A stretch of 64,000 nt of DNA, from assembly GCA_045805205.1 (NCBI GenBank), contig JBJMLR010000011.1, forward strand, positions 467,803 to 531,802, given 5' to 3'. The position numbers and the translations under genes were made by a program. Within the stretch, counting starts at the first letter, position 1; every line of letters begins with the position of its first letter. Origin of the DNA: Bacteroidia bacterium. Its GTDB lineage: Bacteria; Bacteroidota; Bacteroidia; 2-12-FULL-35-15. The notes under the pieces are model-generated. The model was given only the letters and a program-made list of their open reading frames with translations. It made no database searches and was not told the DNA's origin. Below, in pieces: positions 27,634-37,258 of this stretch.

Positions 27634-27753
27634 AGTTAAATTCACTGCTGCAAATCTATAACGTTTTTCCCAATTGCCAACCATCGGTCGATAAATATTT
27701 AAACGTTTCTTAACTCCTGCCTGTCGGGTTTTTGCTATTTTTACGGGAGATAG

Positions 27754-30700
27754 ATGAAACGCATTCTCACCATACTTTTTTCCTTCTTTTCGCTGCTGGC
27801 GGGAGCCCAGGTCACTGATAATTTCAGCGACGGCGACTTTACCGCTTCGCCAGCCTGGAGCGGGGACGGGACGGAATTCATCATTAATGCCTCCCAGCAG
27901 CTGCAGCTCAATAATTCCGTTGCCGGAGCCAGCTACCTTTCTACAGCCAGCCCGGGCTCCTCGATCGATAACTTTCAGTGGAGCTTTTATATCAAGCAGA
28001 GCTTTGCGCCTTCCGGAAGCAACTACGGCAGGGTTTATCTTGTATCCGATCAGGCGAACCTGGAAGGATCGCTCAACGGTTATTACCTGCAATTCGGTGA
28101 AGCCGGAAGCCTGGATGCTGTTGAGCTCTTTCGCCAAACCGGCCTGGCCAGCACTTCGGTCTGCAGAGGCACGAACGGTGAAATTGCCGCTTCATTTGCT
28201 CTCGGAGTGAAAGTGACCCGCGACGCATCCGGGAACTGGAGCCTCTATGTGGATCCTGCCGGGGGAACAACGTATTCACTGGAAGCATCGGGAACTGATC
28301 TGACCTATTCCGCCAGCAGCTTTTTCGGTGTGGCATGTGTGTATACCGTCAGTTCTGCGACAAAATTCTATTTCGATGATTTTTATAACGGAGCCATCAT
28401 TGTAGACACAACTCCTCCGTCAATTACTTCCTCAACCGTAATTTCTGTCACCCAGCTTGATGTTTTGTTCAGCGAGAATGTGGACCTAACCACCTCGCAG
28501 GTACTCACAAATTACAGCGCGGATAATGGTCTTGGAAATCCGACAGCCGCTGCACGCGACGCATCAAACCTCAGTCTCGTTCATCTCACCTGGGGAACAG
28601 CATTTACCGGAAGCCTGCTGAACACGCTTACCGTTACAAATGTGCAGGACCTTAGCGGAAATGCGATCACTTCCGCAACTACAACGTTCACCTACATCGC
28701 GCCTGTAACACCCGCATACAAAGACATTATCCTCAATGAGATCTTTGCAGATCCGAGCCCGGTGATCGGACTTCCGGGCTTTGAATTTGTGGAGCTTTAT
28801 AACCGCAGCCCGAACACATACGACGTTAACGGATGGAAATTCTCCGACGGAACTACGACATCGACGATCGGGAGCTTCATCCTGGCTCCCGGCCAATACC
28901 TGATCCTGTGTCCGATCGCGGACACTGCCTCTTTCACACCTTATGGAAATACGAAAGGACTCAGCAGCTTTCCTTCGCTTAACAATACCGGCGATAACCT
29001 GAAGCTGCTGGATAATACGCTTGCCGCGATCGACTCCGTGGATTATTCAGACACCTGGTACCAGGATGCAGTCAAGAAAAATGGAGGCTGGACGCTCGAA
29101 TTGATCAACCCGAATCTTTCCGCGTCCTGTCCTGCTGTCAGCAACTGGATCGCCTCCGTTGATCCATCGGGCGGAACCCCCGGAACTGTGAACAGCGTTT
29201 TTTCTTCAACACCCGATGTCACCTCTCCAACGATCGCAAGCGTTACCGTTGTGGATTCCACGCACCTCACCGTATGTTTCAGCGAAGCGCTCAATCCTTC
29301 CCAGATAGGGATCGCAGCAAATTATTCCATCAGCGCAGGGATCGGAATGCCGGTATCAGCAACTGCGAATGCGGCACTTACCTGCGTGGATCTTGTATTG
29401 TCCACCGCACTGAGCACATCCGCAACGTATACGCTATCGATCACTTCCACGGGCGATTGCTCCGGAAATCCGCTGACACCGGCAAGTACGAGCTTCTCAT
29501 TCTATAATGTCCAGCCGTACGACATTGTGATCAATGAAATTATGGCCGATCCGGATCCGGTAGTAACAATATTGCCCGACTATGAATATGTCGAACTATA
29601 TAACCGAACTGCATTTCCCGTCAACCTTAATAACTGGACCTTCGCTGCTGGTACAAATGTCAAGGTATTGCCTTCGCTGATCGTTCCGGCGGATAGCTTT
29701 ATCGTGCTCACTTCTTTGTCCGGCCTTGCAGGAATGCCCTCAGGCATCAACGCTTATGCGCTGGCAAGCTTTCCTGCGCTGACCAATACCGGCCAGATAC
29801 TTACATTGAGAAGTCCGCAGGGAAATGTGATCTCAACCGTTTCCTATACGGATGACTGGTACCAGGATGCCGCGAAAAAAGATGGTGGCTGGAGTCTTGA
29901 GCAGATCGATCCCGCCAATCCCTGTGCAGGAATGAGTAATTGGCATGCATCAAACAGTTCCAACGGAGGGACGCCGGGTTTCCGGAACTCTGTTTATGCA
30001 GCGAATCCTGATCACACTCCGCCGCAAGTAGTGCGTGTCAGCGTAGTTGCCAATGACACGATCCAGGTGTATTTTAATGAACCGCTCGATAGTGCTTCAA
30101 TGCTAGCCGCAGCAATTTATACCATCGATAATGGAATTGGGAATCCCACGTTTGTCAACGTGATCGGGCCGGATTTTAAAAGTGTGAGACTGGCACTGGG
30201 AAGCAGTCTTGCGGTCGGAACGATTTATACGATCACTGTAAATAATGCAATTACAGATTGTGTTGGAAATGCTTTGGGGACGGATAATTCTGCAAAGTTC
30301 GCAATTCCTGAACAGGCGATGCCCGGCGACATTGTGATCAATGAGATCCTTTTTGATCCCAGAACACCGGGTGTTGATTTTGTGGAGATCTATAATCGCT
30401 CCGGCAAAGTGATCGATCTTAAAACGATGACGCTTTCACAATACGATACGGTCACAAATACGATCATTAGTCCCGAAACGATCTCAGCCGATGGATATCT
30501 CATTTTTCCCGGCGACTACATCGTGTTAAGCGAGAACGGAGCTGTTGTCAGAAGCCAGTACAGCACACCAAATCCAGAAGGTTTTATTGACATGGACAAT
30601 CTGCCGTCGATGAATATCGATAAAGGAACGGTATGTCTTTCTACTTCGACTGATATCATTGACAATTTCAAATATTACGCAGATATGCAATTCGGATTAT

Positions 30701-31164
30701 TGACCGACACAAAAGGCATTTCGCTTGAACGGATCGATTTTGATCGTCCGACGCAGGATCGCACGAACTGGCATTCTGCTGCGGAAGCGGTTGGTTTTGC
30801 GACGCCGGCGTATAAGAATTCGCAGTACAACGATGCAGGCGAAACCGAAAGCGCAATTGAAATAACCCCCGAGGTTTTTTCGCCGGATGAAGATGGGATG
30901 AATGATGTGGTGAACATTAATTATCATTTTGATACACCCGGCTTCACCGGAAACCTCACCATCTATGACAGCAAAGGGCGTGTTGTGAAGCTGCTTGTCA
31001 GGAATGAATTGCTGGGTATTAAAGGAACATTCTCCTGGGACGGGATCGATGATAACCGGGAAAAGGCCCGCATCGGTATTTACGTTATCTACTTCGAAGT
31101 ATTTGATCTCAATGGAAATGTAAAGCGCTACAAAAAAACCTGTGTGCTTGGCGGAAAGCTTTAA
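27754..31164 (+). CDS. Secreted protein with three lamin-tail (LTD) domains and a T9SS type B C-terminal sorting domain
   Basis: Repeated ILNEIFADPSP...EFVELYNRS...VNGWKFSDG motifs (LTD) and a C-terminus ...FSPDEDGMNDVVNINYHFDTPGFTGNLTIYDSKGRVVKLL...GIYVIYFEV (CHU_C-like). Confidence 0.75.
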   Translation: MKRILTILFSFFSLLAGAQVTDNFSDGDFTASPAWSGDGTEFIINASQQLQLNNSVAGASYLSTASPGSSIDNFQWSFYIKQSFAPSGSNYGRVYLVSDQANLEGSLNGYYLQFGEAGSLDAVELFRQTGLASTSVCRGTNGEIAASFALGVKVTRDASGNWSLYVDPAGGTTYSLEASGTDLTYSASSFFGVACVYTVSSATKFYFDDFYNGAIIVDTTPPSITSSTVISVTQLDVLFSENVDLTTSQVLTNYSADNGLGNPTAAARDASNLSLVHLTWGTAFTGSLLNTLTVTNVQDLSGNAITSATTTFTYIAPVTPAYKDIILNEIFADPSPVIGLPGFEFVELYNRSPNTYDVNGWKFSDGTTTSTIGSFILAPGQYLILCPIADTASFTPYGNTKGLSSFPSLNNTGDNLKLLDNTLAAIDSVDYSDTWYQDAVKKNGGWTLELINPNLSASCPAVSNWIASVDPSGGTPGTVNSVFSSTPDVTSPTIASVTVVDSTHLTVCFSEALNPSQIGIAANYSISAGIGMPVSATANAALTCVDLVLSTALSTSATYTLSITSTGDCSGNPLTPASTSFSFYNVQPYDIVINEIMADPDPVVTILPDYEYVELYNRTAFPVNLNNWTFAAGTNVKVLPSLIVPADSFIVLTSLSGLAGMPSGINAYALASFPALTNTGQILTLRSPQGNVISTVSYTDDWYQDAAKKDGGWSLEQIDPANPCAGMSNWHASNSSNGGTPGFRNSVYAANPDHTPPQVVRVSVVANDTIQVYFNEPLDSASMLAAAIYTIDNGIGNPTFVNVIGPDFKSVRLALGSSLAVGTIYTITVNNAITDCVGNALGTDNSAKFAIPEQAMPGDIVINEILFDPRTPGVDFVEIYNRSGKVIDLKTMTLSQYDTVTNTIISPETISADGYLIFPGDYIVLSENGAVVRSQYSTPNPEGFIDMDNLPSMNIDKGTVCLSTSTDIIDNFKYYADMQFGLLTDTKGISLERIDFDRPTQDRTNWHSAAEAVGFATPAYKNSQYNDAGETESAIEITPEVFSPDEDGMNDVVNINYHFDTPGFTGNLTIYDSKGRVVKLLVRNELLGIKGTFSWDGIDDNREKARIGIYVIYFEVFDLNGNVKRYKKTCVLGGKL

Positions 31165-31703
31165 TCCATGAAGGTTAGCGCATCCACCCGCTGATCCGGG
31201 TTTTCTTTCAGTAATTCCTTCTCCATTCTGTAATCTGCCGGTAGCTTCCAGGCAAGGAAAAACGCGATCCCGGCTGCAGTGATCGTAATGAAAAGAAAGC
31301 CAATAAAAACAGCTTTTGAATCCGGATTAAAGTAAAAGATATTCCTTACGAATGATATCGCCATAAATCCGCCGGTGATCAAATGTCCGTCCGGCCGGTA
31401 TTTCAAGCAGAGATAGACGAGAAAGACACAGAGAGGAACTGCGGTAATTGGAAAAATTTCAAAGCCTGCGCCGATAAGGCTTCCGGCGTTGATAGAAAAG
31501 GTGCAGACGAGCAGAAATAGCAATAGGTAATTCAGCAAGCTGTATTTCTTTCGTTTCGCCGGTGTAACAATCTTACGGATATGATCTGCTATCTGATGGA
31601 TCGGATGCTCGGTATGATAAGCGATCTCATTATATATTTCCTGGTGTGTTCTTCCCTTCAGGATTTCTTCTTCCGCCTTCTGTACTATATTTTTTGCCAT
31701 CAC
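31161..31703 (-). CDS. Hypothetical integral membrane protein
   Basis: 180 aa with 4 predicted TM helices. Its end overlaps the converging lamin-tail gene end by 4 bp. Confidence 0.5.
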   Translation of the reverse strand: MMAKNIVQKAEEEILKGRTHQEIYNEIAYHTEHPIHQIADHIRKIVTPAKRKKYSLLNYLLLFLLVCTFSINAGSLIGAGFEIFPITAVPLCVFLVYLCLKYRPDGHLITGGFMAISFVRNIFYFNPDSKAVFIGFLFITITAAGIAFFLAWKLPADYRMEKELLKENPDQRVDALTFMD

Positions 31704-31718
31704 CCGAGCACTTTAACA

Positions 31719-33164
31719 CTATTTCAATTTAATACAAACGTTCTTCGGTTCCGTGAAAAAATCAAGCGCTTCAAATCCGCCTTCACGGCCCACACCCGAG
31801 CTCTTCACACCTCCGAAAGGTGTTCTCAGATCGCGAAGCAGCCAGCAATTGATCCAAACAATTCCAGCATGTAAATTACTTGCAACACGATGCGCTTTTG
31901 TGAGATGCTCCGTCCACACGATGGAAGCAAGTCCGTATTGGGTTGCATTTGCATAACCAAGCACTTCTTCTTCGGTATCAAAAGGCATGATCGTTACTAC
32001 CGGTCCGAAGATCTCTTCCATATTTGTCCTGCAATTATGCGGCAGCCCTTCGATGATCGTTGGGGCGATATAATATCCGCCGGCTAGTTCTCCATCCAAT
32101 TTTACCTGGTGACCACCGGCAATCACTTTTCCGCCTTCCTGTTGTGCAAGCTCAATATACGAAAGCACTTTTTCCATGTGTGGCTTTGAAACAACGGCTC
32201 CCAGCTTAGTATCTTCTGCCGTCGGATCTCCGACCTTCAGTTTTTTAACTCGTTCCACGAACTCATTTTTGAATTTCTCATAAATCGGCCGTTCAATGAA
32301 AATGCGGGAACCGCAAAGACAGATCTGTCCCTGGTTTGCAAATGAGGATTGCAGAGTCATCCGGACTGCTTTTTCAAAATCGCAATCTGCGAAAATGATA
32401 TTCGGGTTTTTTCCACCGAGTTCTAACGACAGTTTTTTGAACATCGGAGCAGCGACTTTGGCAATTTCGGCGCCTGTTTTTGTCCCGCCGGTAAAGGAGA
32501 TCAGCGGGATCTTTGGGTGAGCGGTGATCGCGGCACCTACTTTATGTCCATATCCGTGAACGATATTCAAAACCCCTTTCGGTAATCCGGCTTCAATACA
32601 TAATTCAGAAAGCAGGTAAGCGGTCATTGGAGTGATCTCCGAAGGCTTTGCCACCACACAATTTCCCGAAGCAATAGCCGGAGCGATCTTCCATGTAAAT
32701 AAATAGAGCGGGAGGTTCCAGGGAGAAATGCAGCCCGCAACGCCAACAGGAGTGCGGAGTGTGTAGTTGATCGCCGTATCTTCCATTGCATGGCTTGCAG
32801 CTGCATAATGAAGAATGCCGGTTGCATAAAAATGAAAATTCGCGGCTGCACGGGGAATGTCGACTGCTTTTGCAAGAGAAACCGGCTTGCCGTTATCAGT
32901 TGATTCAGCAATGGAGAGACGGTCCAGGTTCTTTTCGATCAATGCTGAGATCTTCAACATGATGCGGGAGCGTTCGTCTTTTGGAGTATTGCTCCAACCC
33001 GGGAATGCCGCAGCAGCGGCTTTTACCGCAAGCTCAACATCCTCTGCGCCGGAATCCGGGATCAGCGAGTATACTTTCCCTGTTGCAGGGTTGTAGTTAT
33101 CGATGTATTGTTTTCCAACCGGTTCGATGAGCTCACCGTTGATGTAGTTTTTTATCTTTTGCAT
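31719..33164 (-). CDS. NAD(P)-dependent aldehyde dehydrogenase family protein
   Basis: 481 aa with GGKNPNIIFADCD, the catalytic Cys region (QGQICLCGSR) and ELGGK, the ALDH hallmarks. Confidence 0.9.
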   Translation of the reverse strand: MQKIKNYINGELIEPVGKQYIDNYNPATGKVYSLIPDSGAEDVELAVKAAAAAFPGWSNTPKDERSRIMLKISALIEKNLDRLSIAESTDNGKPVSLAKAVDIPRAAANFHFYATGILHYAAASHAMEDTAINYTLRTPVGVAGCISPWNLPLYLFTWKIAPAIASGNCVVAKPSEITPMTAYLLSELCIEAGLPKGVLNIVHGYGHKVGAAITAHPKIPLISFTGGTKTGAEIAKVAAPMFKKLSLELGGKNPNIIFADCDFEKAVRMTLQSSFANQGQICLCGSRIFIERPIYEKFKNEFVERVKKLKVGDPTAEDTKLGAVVSKPHMEKVLSYIELAQQEGGKVIAGGHQVKLDGELAGGYYIAPTIIEGLPHNCRTNMEEIFGPVVTIMPFDTEEEVLGYANATQYGLASIVWTEHLTKAHRVASNLHAGIVWINCWLLRDLRTPFGGVKSSGVGREGGFEALDFFTEPKNVCIKLK

Positions 33165-33186
33165 GTTTCTTTACCACTAAGACACT

Positions 33187-33225
33187 GAGTCCACTTAGGT
33201 TCACTAAGTCCGGTGTTTTTTATAT
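33187..33225 (-). repeat. Inverted copy of the cttagtg...cttagtggtaa element
   Basis: Reverse complement is cttagtgaacctaagtggactcagtgtcttagtggtaa. Confidence 0.5.
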
Positions 33226-33261
33226 TCCACTGCTCTCGTGTTCTATTTCGATCAAATTTAC

Positions 33262-33298
33262 AGAAAATAAAATAAAAAGAGGCCCTCCCGAGCCTCTT
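33262..33298 (-). terminator. Intrinsic terminator for the minus-strand T9SS-CTD gene (agaggc-tcgggagg-gcctct plus TTTTATTTTATTTT)
   Basis: Hairpin plus U-tract on the minus strand. Confidence 0.55.
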
Positions 33299-33346
33299 TC
33301 AGATACTTCTTAACCACGACAACGCTATGTCCACCGTTAGCCACGG

Positions 33347-33375
33347 CTTAGTGTTCTTAGTGCCTTAGTGGTGAA
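33347..33375 (+). repeat. 29-bp cttagtgttcttagtgccttagtggtgaa element in the 3' UTR
   Basis: Matches 26407-26435. Confidence 0.55.
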
Positions 33376-33407
33376 TTTTTTCTTCGGATATACGATCTGC
33401 ATTTTAG

Positions 33408-34130
33408 TTAATCAACCACGATCTTCTCACTCGTCGATTTTTTATCCTGGATCAGGTTCAGGAAATAAGTTCCTTTCTTACCCAGTGGGATCTCCTTGCT
33501 GTATTTGCTTCCATCTTTTTGAGTATCATAGAAGACCTGCTTACCGTTTTCATCAAGAACACTGATGTTCAGCGGCGATTTGCTGCCGGTTTCAATTTCA
33601 ATTTTGGCAGTCGTATTCTTCACGTTGATATTGAGGTTCATGTGTTCCTTCTCTTCTTTCCCGTCAGTAACCCGGATCGTTTTTGTGATCACCTTCTTCT
33701 CTCCCTTATCCCCTTTATCACCCTTTTCCCCCTTATCCCTTTTATCACCCTTGTCATCCTTTTTTTTGATGATGATCTTTGTTTCACCTCCATGCTCATC
33801 GGTATTCACCTCGATATCCTGATCATCACCATCCCCGGTACTATAAGCATACGCCATTGCTTTTGCATCATCTGCATTTTCTCCCCTGATAACGATCTTC
33901 TTTACGATCTTTTTTGTTGAATCTCCGTCTGCGCTGATCGTAACATTGATGTCTTTCATCATTTTGTTGATCTCTTTTCCGTCCGGGCCATCACTTTCAC
34001 TGATGGTGGTATCACCGTTAATGATCGTGATAGTTTTAGTTTTCATTTTCGAATCCTGTGCGCAGGAAACAATGCTGAGACTGAGCAACGCAGCCATTCC
34101 CAGGAAACCGGTAATGTAGTTTGTTTTCAT
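33408..34130 (-). CDS. Lipoprotein with a Lys/Asp/Gly-rich repeat region and a T9SS type A C-terminal sorting domain
   Basis: Lipobox ...SIVSC after the signal peptide (start assumed at MKTNY). A KGDKGEKGDKGDKGEK stretch. The C-terminus ...SPLNISVLDENGKQVFYDTQ...GTYFLNLIQDK... is Por_Secre_tail-like. Confidence 0.6.
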   Translation of the reverse strand: MKTNYITGFLGMAALLSLSIVSCAQDSKMKTKTITIINGDTTISESDGPDGKEINKMMKDINVTISADGDSTKKIVKKIVIRGENADDAKAMAYAYSTGDGDDQDIEVNTDEHGGETKIIIKKKDDKGDKRDKGEKGDKGDKGEKKVITKTIRVTDGKEEKEHMNLNINVKNTTAKIEIETGSKSPLNISVLDENGKQVFYDTQKDGSKYSKEIPLGKKGTYFLNLIQDKKSTSEKIVVD

Positions 34131-34321
34131 TTCTTTTTGTTTTTTCCACTGAAGCTTAAGCATCGGCGGGTTAGGTGAATACTATTGAGATGATCGTCGG
34201 AGCATTTGTGTGACAAACATATGCCAGGCGGCAGCAACCCCGTGTTAAAGCCCTGTTAATCGCTGTTAAATAATGTTAAGGTACGGTCCGAAGGCTGCCG
34301 ATCCCTTATTTTTGCTGGTAT

Positions 34322-35932
34322 ATGAACCAGAGGAATGTCCGCAGCATCACCATTATCGCCAGTCTGGCAATGATCGGATTGATCATCAGCCAGGTATACT
34401 GGGTGAAGAATGCTGTGGCATTAAGTGAAGAACGTTTCGAGCAGAGCGTTAATGAAGCGCTGAATAATGTGGTGAAGCGCATGGAAAAACATCAGGCTGC
34501 TGTTAAGGTCACCCGGAAGTTCAATTTCCGGAAACAGGGAATGCGGTTCTTCGGACCATCAAAAACAACAGCCAGCCTCATCAAGGATACGATCTGTGAC
34601 GATAAGCAATGCTACAACCTTAAGAAGAATAATGTCAACGTTAAGATCATCGAGGATTTTGCTTCCGATTCAAACGGTGTGATCACCCGGCGTACCCGGC
34701 AGAAAGATTATTCCAGCGATACGATGTCGACCGCATTGGAGCAAAAGATCGGACACGACGGGCCGACATTCTTTCAGCAGCTGGAAAACGGGCAGGACTG
34801 GCTTTCCAACAAAAGTGACATGATGAATGATATTTTCGATGAGCTGGTAAGCATTAATGTCTACAATGGATACGATGGTAGCGTTGATACTGTTCTGCTG
34901 GACTCGATTTTGAATGCAGAGCTGCTTGAGAAAGGCGTTTCGACACGATATATATTTGGTGTCACGAGGTCAAAATATGTGCCCGTGGATTCTGTAAATG
35001 TATCAGAGCGGGGAAAGGATATTTATAATTCTCCTTACAAGATCAACCTTTCACCGGATAACATTTTTATTAAGCCTCAGTATCTTTCCGTGTATTTCCC
35101 TAACCAGAGACGTTATCTGCTCAGCTCCATGTGGGGACAGCTGGTGATCTCGCTGGTCTTTTTACTGGCCCTGATCTTTTCTTTCTATTATACGATCTCT
35201 ACCATCTTCAGGCAAAAAAAATTATCGGAGATTAAGAATGATTTTATCAGCAACATGACGCACGAATTTAAAACTCCGATATCGACGATCTCGCTGGCTG
35301 TCGAAGTCTTAAACGACAAATCGGTGGAAAAGTCTCCCGATCGTGTTACCAACTATGTAAAAATGATCGGTGACGAGAACAAGCGCCTCAGCTTGCTGGT
35401 GGAGAATATTCTTCAGACGGCAATCCTCGATAAGGGCCAGTTCAAGCTGAAGATCCAAAGTATCGATATTCACAACCTGCTGGAACAAACGTTTACAAAT
35501 ATCAAATTGCAGGTGGAGAACAAAGAAGGTCAGATCACCGCAGAACTCAATGCCGAGCAGCCCGTTGTTAATGCGGATCGGGTACATGTGACCAATATCT
35601 TGTTCAACCTGATCGACAATGCGCTGAAATACTCCAACGAAAGACCGGAGATAAAAGTGACAACGGAGAATGATGAAAAAGGAGTTTATATTTCTGTTCA
35701 GGATAACGGGATCGGGATCAGCAAGGAGAATCAAAAGCGTATTTTTGATACGATGTATCGTGTGCCTACTGGCAACATCCATAACGTAAAAGGATTTGGA
35801 TTGGGATTGAGTTATGTGAAGGCCGTAGTGGAGAAACACGGAGGATCGGTAAAAGTAGAAAGCGAGCCGGGAAAAGGAAGTATGTTTACGATCTTCTTAC
35901 CTTTTGAACCAATAGTTGAAAATAAAAAATAA
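34322..35932 (+). CDS. Two-component sensor histidine kinase (HisKA plus HATPase_c)
   Basis: The H-box FISNMTHEFKTPISTI is present. The G-box GFGLGLSYVKAVVEKHGG is present. The N-terminus has TM helices. Confidence 0.85.
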   Translation: MNQRNVRSITIIASLAMIGLIISQVYWVKNAVALSEERFEQSVNEALNNVVKRMEKHQAAVKVTRKFNFRKQGMRFFGPSKTTASLIKDTICDDKQCYNLKKNNVNVKIIEDFASDSNGVITRRTRQKDYSSDTMSTALEQKIGHDGPTFFQQLENGQDWLSNKSDMMNDIFDELVSINVYNGYDGSVDTVLLDSILNAELLEKGVSTRYIFGVTRSKYVPVDSVNVSERGKDIYNSPYKINLSPDNIFIKPQYLSVYFPNQRRYLLSSMWGQLVISLVFLLALIFSFYYTISTIFRQKKLSEIKNDFISNMTHEFKTPISTISLAVEVLNDKSVEKSPDRVTNYVKMIGDENKRLSLLVENILQTAILDKGQFKLKIQSIDIHNLLEQTFTNIKLQVENKEGQITAELNAEQPVVNADRVHVTNILFNLIDNALKYSNERPEIKVTTENDEKGVYISVQDNGIGISKENQKRIFDTMYRVPTGNIHNVKGFGLGLSYVKAVVEKHGGSVKVESEPGKGSMFTIFLPFEPIVENKK

Positions 35933-35950
35933 AATCATTATTTTGGTAAT

Positions 35951-36646
35951 ATGGAAAAGACAAAAATCCTGCTGGTAGAAGATGATCCCAACCTGGGAAG
36001 CCTTCTGAGAGAGTACCTCGAAGCGAAAGGGTATTCGACCGTTCTTGCAACGAACGGAAAAGAAGGCTATGATGCGTATTCGAAAGACAAGTACGCGCTT
36101 TGCATTCTTGATGTGATGATGCCGGTGAAGGACGGTTTTACACTTGCAAAAGAGATCCGTGCGATCGATGCCGCCATCCCGATCGTTTTCCTCACCGCGA
36201 AATCAATGAAGGAAGACGCCATCGAGGGCTTTTCAGCAGGTGCCGACGATTATATTACAAAACCCTTCAGCATGGAAGAGCTGCTGCTGCGGATCAAAGC
36301 TATTTTGAGAAGAACGGAAAACAAAGGAGTAAAGAATTCGGATCAGACGGAATTCAAGGTCGGCAAATACAAATTTGATTATACGCATCAGATCCTCGAT
36401 CTTAAAGGAGTGCAGCATAAGCTTACGACCAAGGAAGCGGAATTGCTGAAGCTGTTGTGTTTGCATGCGAATGAAGTGCTCGACCGCAATTTTGCGCTGA
36501 AATCGATCTGGAACGATGATAACTATTTCAACGGTCGAAGCATGGATGTTTACATCGCGAAGCTGAGGAAATATTTAAAGGAAGATCCCGGTGTTGAGCT
36601 GATCAACGTTCACGGGAAGGGGTTTAAATTGCTGACAGGCAAATGA
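35951..36646 (+). CDS. OmpR-family DNA-binding response regulator
   Basis: Receiver domain (LLVEDDPNLG...D54 region ILDVMMP) and a winged-helix C-terminus (ELLKLL...VYIAKLRKYL). Confidence 0.9.
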   Translation: MEKTKILLVEDDPNLGSLLREYLEAKGYSTVLATNGKEGYDAYSKDKYALCILDVMMPVKDGFTLAKEIRAIDAAIPIVFLTAKSMKEDAIEGFSAGADDYITKPFSMEELLLRIKAILRRTENKGVKNSDQTEFKVGKYKFDYTHQILDLKGVQHKLTTKEAELLKLLCLHANEVLDRNFALKSIWNDDNYFNGRSMDVYIAKLRKYLKEDPGVELINVHGKGFKLLTGK

Positions 36647-36673
36647 CCAGGATGTAATATTTGGTATCTGATA

Positions 36674-36703
36674 GGTAATATTCCGGAGCATCTGAATATT
36701 ACC
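36674..36703 (+). terminator. Hairpin (10-bp stem ggtaatattc/gaatattacc) between convergent genes
   Basis: Seen directly. Confidence 0.45.
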
Positions 36704-36712
36704 TGTTAAATA

Positions 36713-37225
36713 TTACTTAAAATACGTATCCTCCAGCTTCTTATCGCTCACCACAATCACCATGTTGTCTTTCAGCTTGTAAACGTAATAGTAGCTATTG
36801 TCTTTGCTGAATTTCGTCACCTCTGTTTCCTTGTTATCGAACTTTTTGGTTTTAAAAGAAGTCTGATTATTGAAAAAGGACACCATCTGGTTGTATACTT
36901 CTGTGAAATTTTTCGACCAGTCGTTTTTCGGACCGTTGATAAAGTACACTTCCATTATTTTTTGCTTATCGGTGATCAGCGATAAAACCTTGATCTCCCC
37001 GTTGGCCGTATTCTGTTCATTGGAATAAGAGCTGGCACCTTTCAACAGGGCATTTTGCGGATTTTCTACTGAATTCTCCACTTTAAAAAAGTGCTTTTTG
37101 AAAAGCTCGTTTTCAAATGCCGTCCGGTTGTAGCTCATGGAATTTTTAATGAATCCCAGCGACATGAGCTGTGCTGAAGCAGAGATTGAAATAATGCTGA
37201 AGGCGATGAACAAGATCTTTTTCAT
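36713..37225 (-). CDS. Hypothetical secreted protein
   Basis: 170 aa with a signal peptide. Confidence 0.5.
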   Translation of the reverse strand: MKKILFIAFSIISISASAQLMSLGFIKNSMSYNRTAFENELFKKHFFKVENSVENPQNALLKGASSYSNEQNTANGEIKVLSLITDKQKIMEVYFINGPKNDWSKNFTEVYNQMVSFFNNQTSFKTKKFDNKETEVTKFSKDNSYYYVYKLKDNMVIVVSDKKLEDTYFK

Positions 37226-37258
37226 ACTATTTATTTTGTAGTTAAGGGGTTCATTAAT

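Noticed and set aside
27580-28137. 185-aa minus-strand ORF
   Set aside because: It overlaps the 5' end of the lamin-tail gene on the opposite strand. Only its last 17 codons (the Lys-rich mini-ORF) are considered potentially meaningful.
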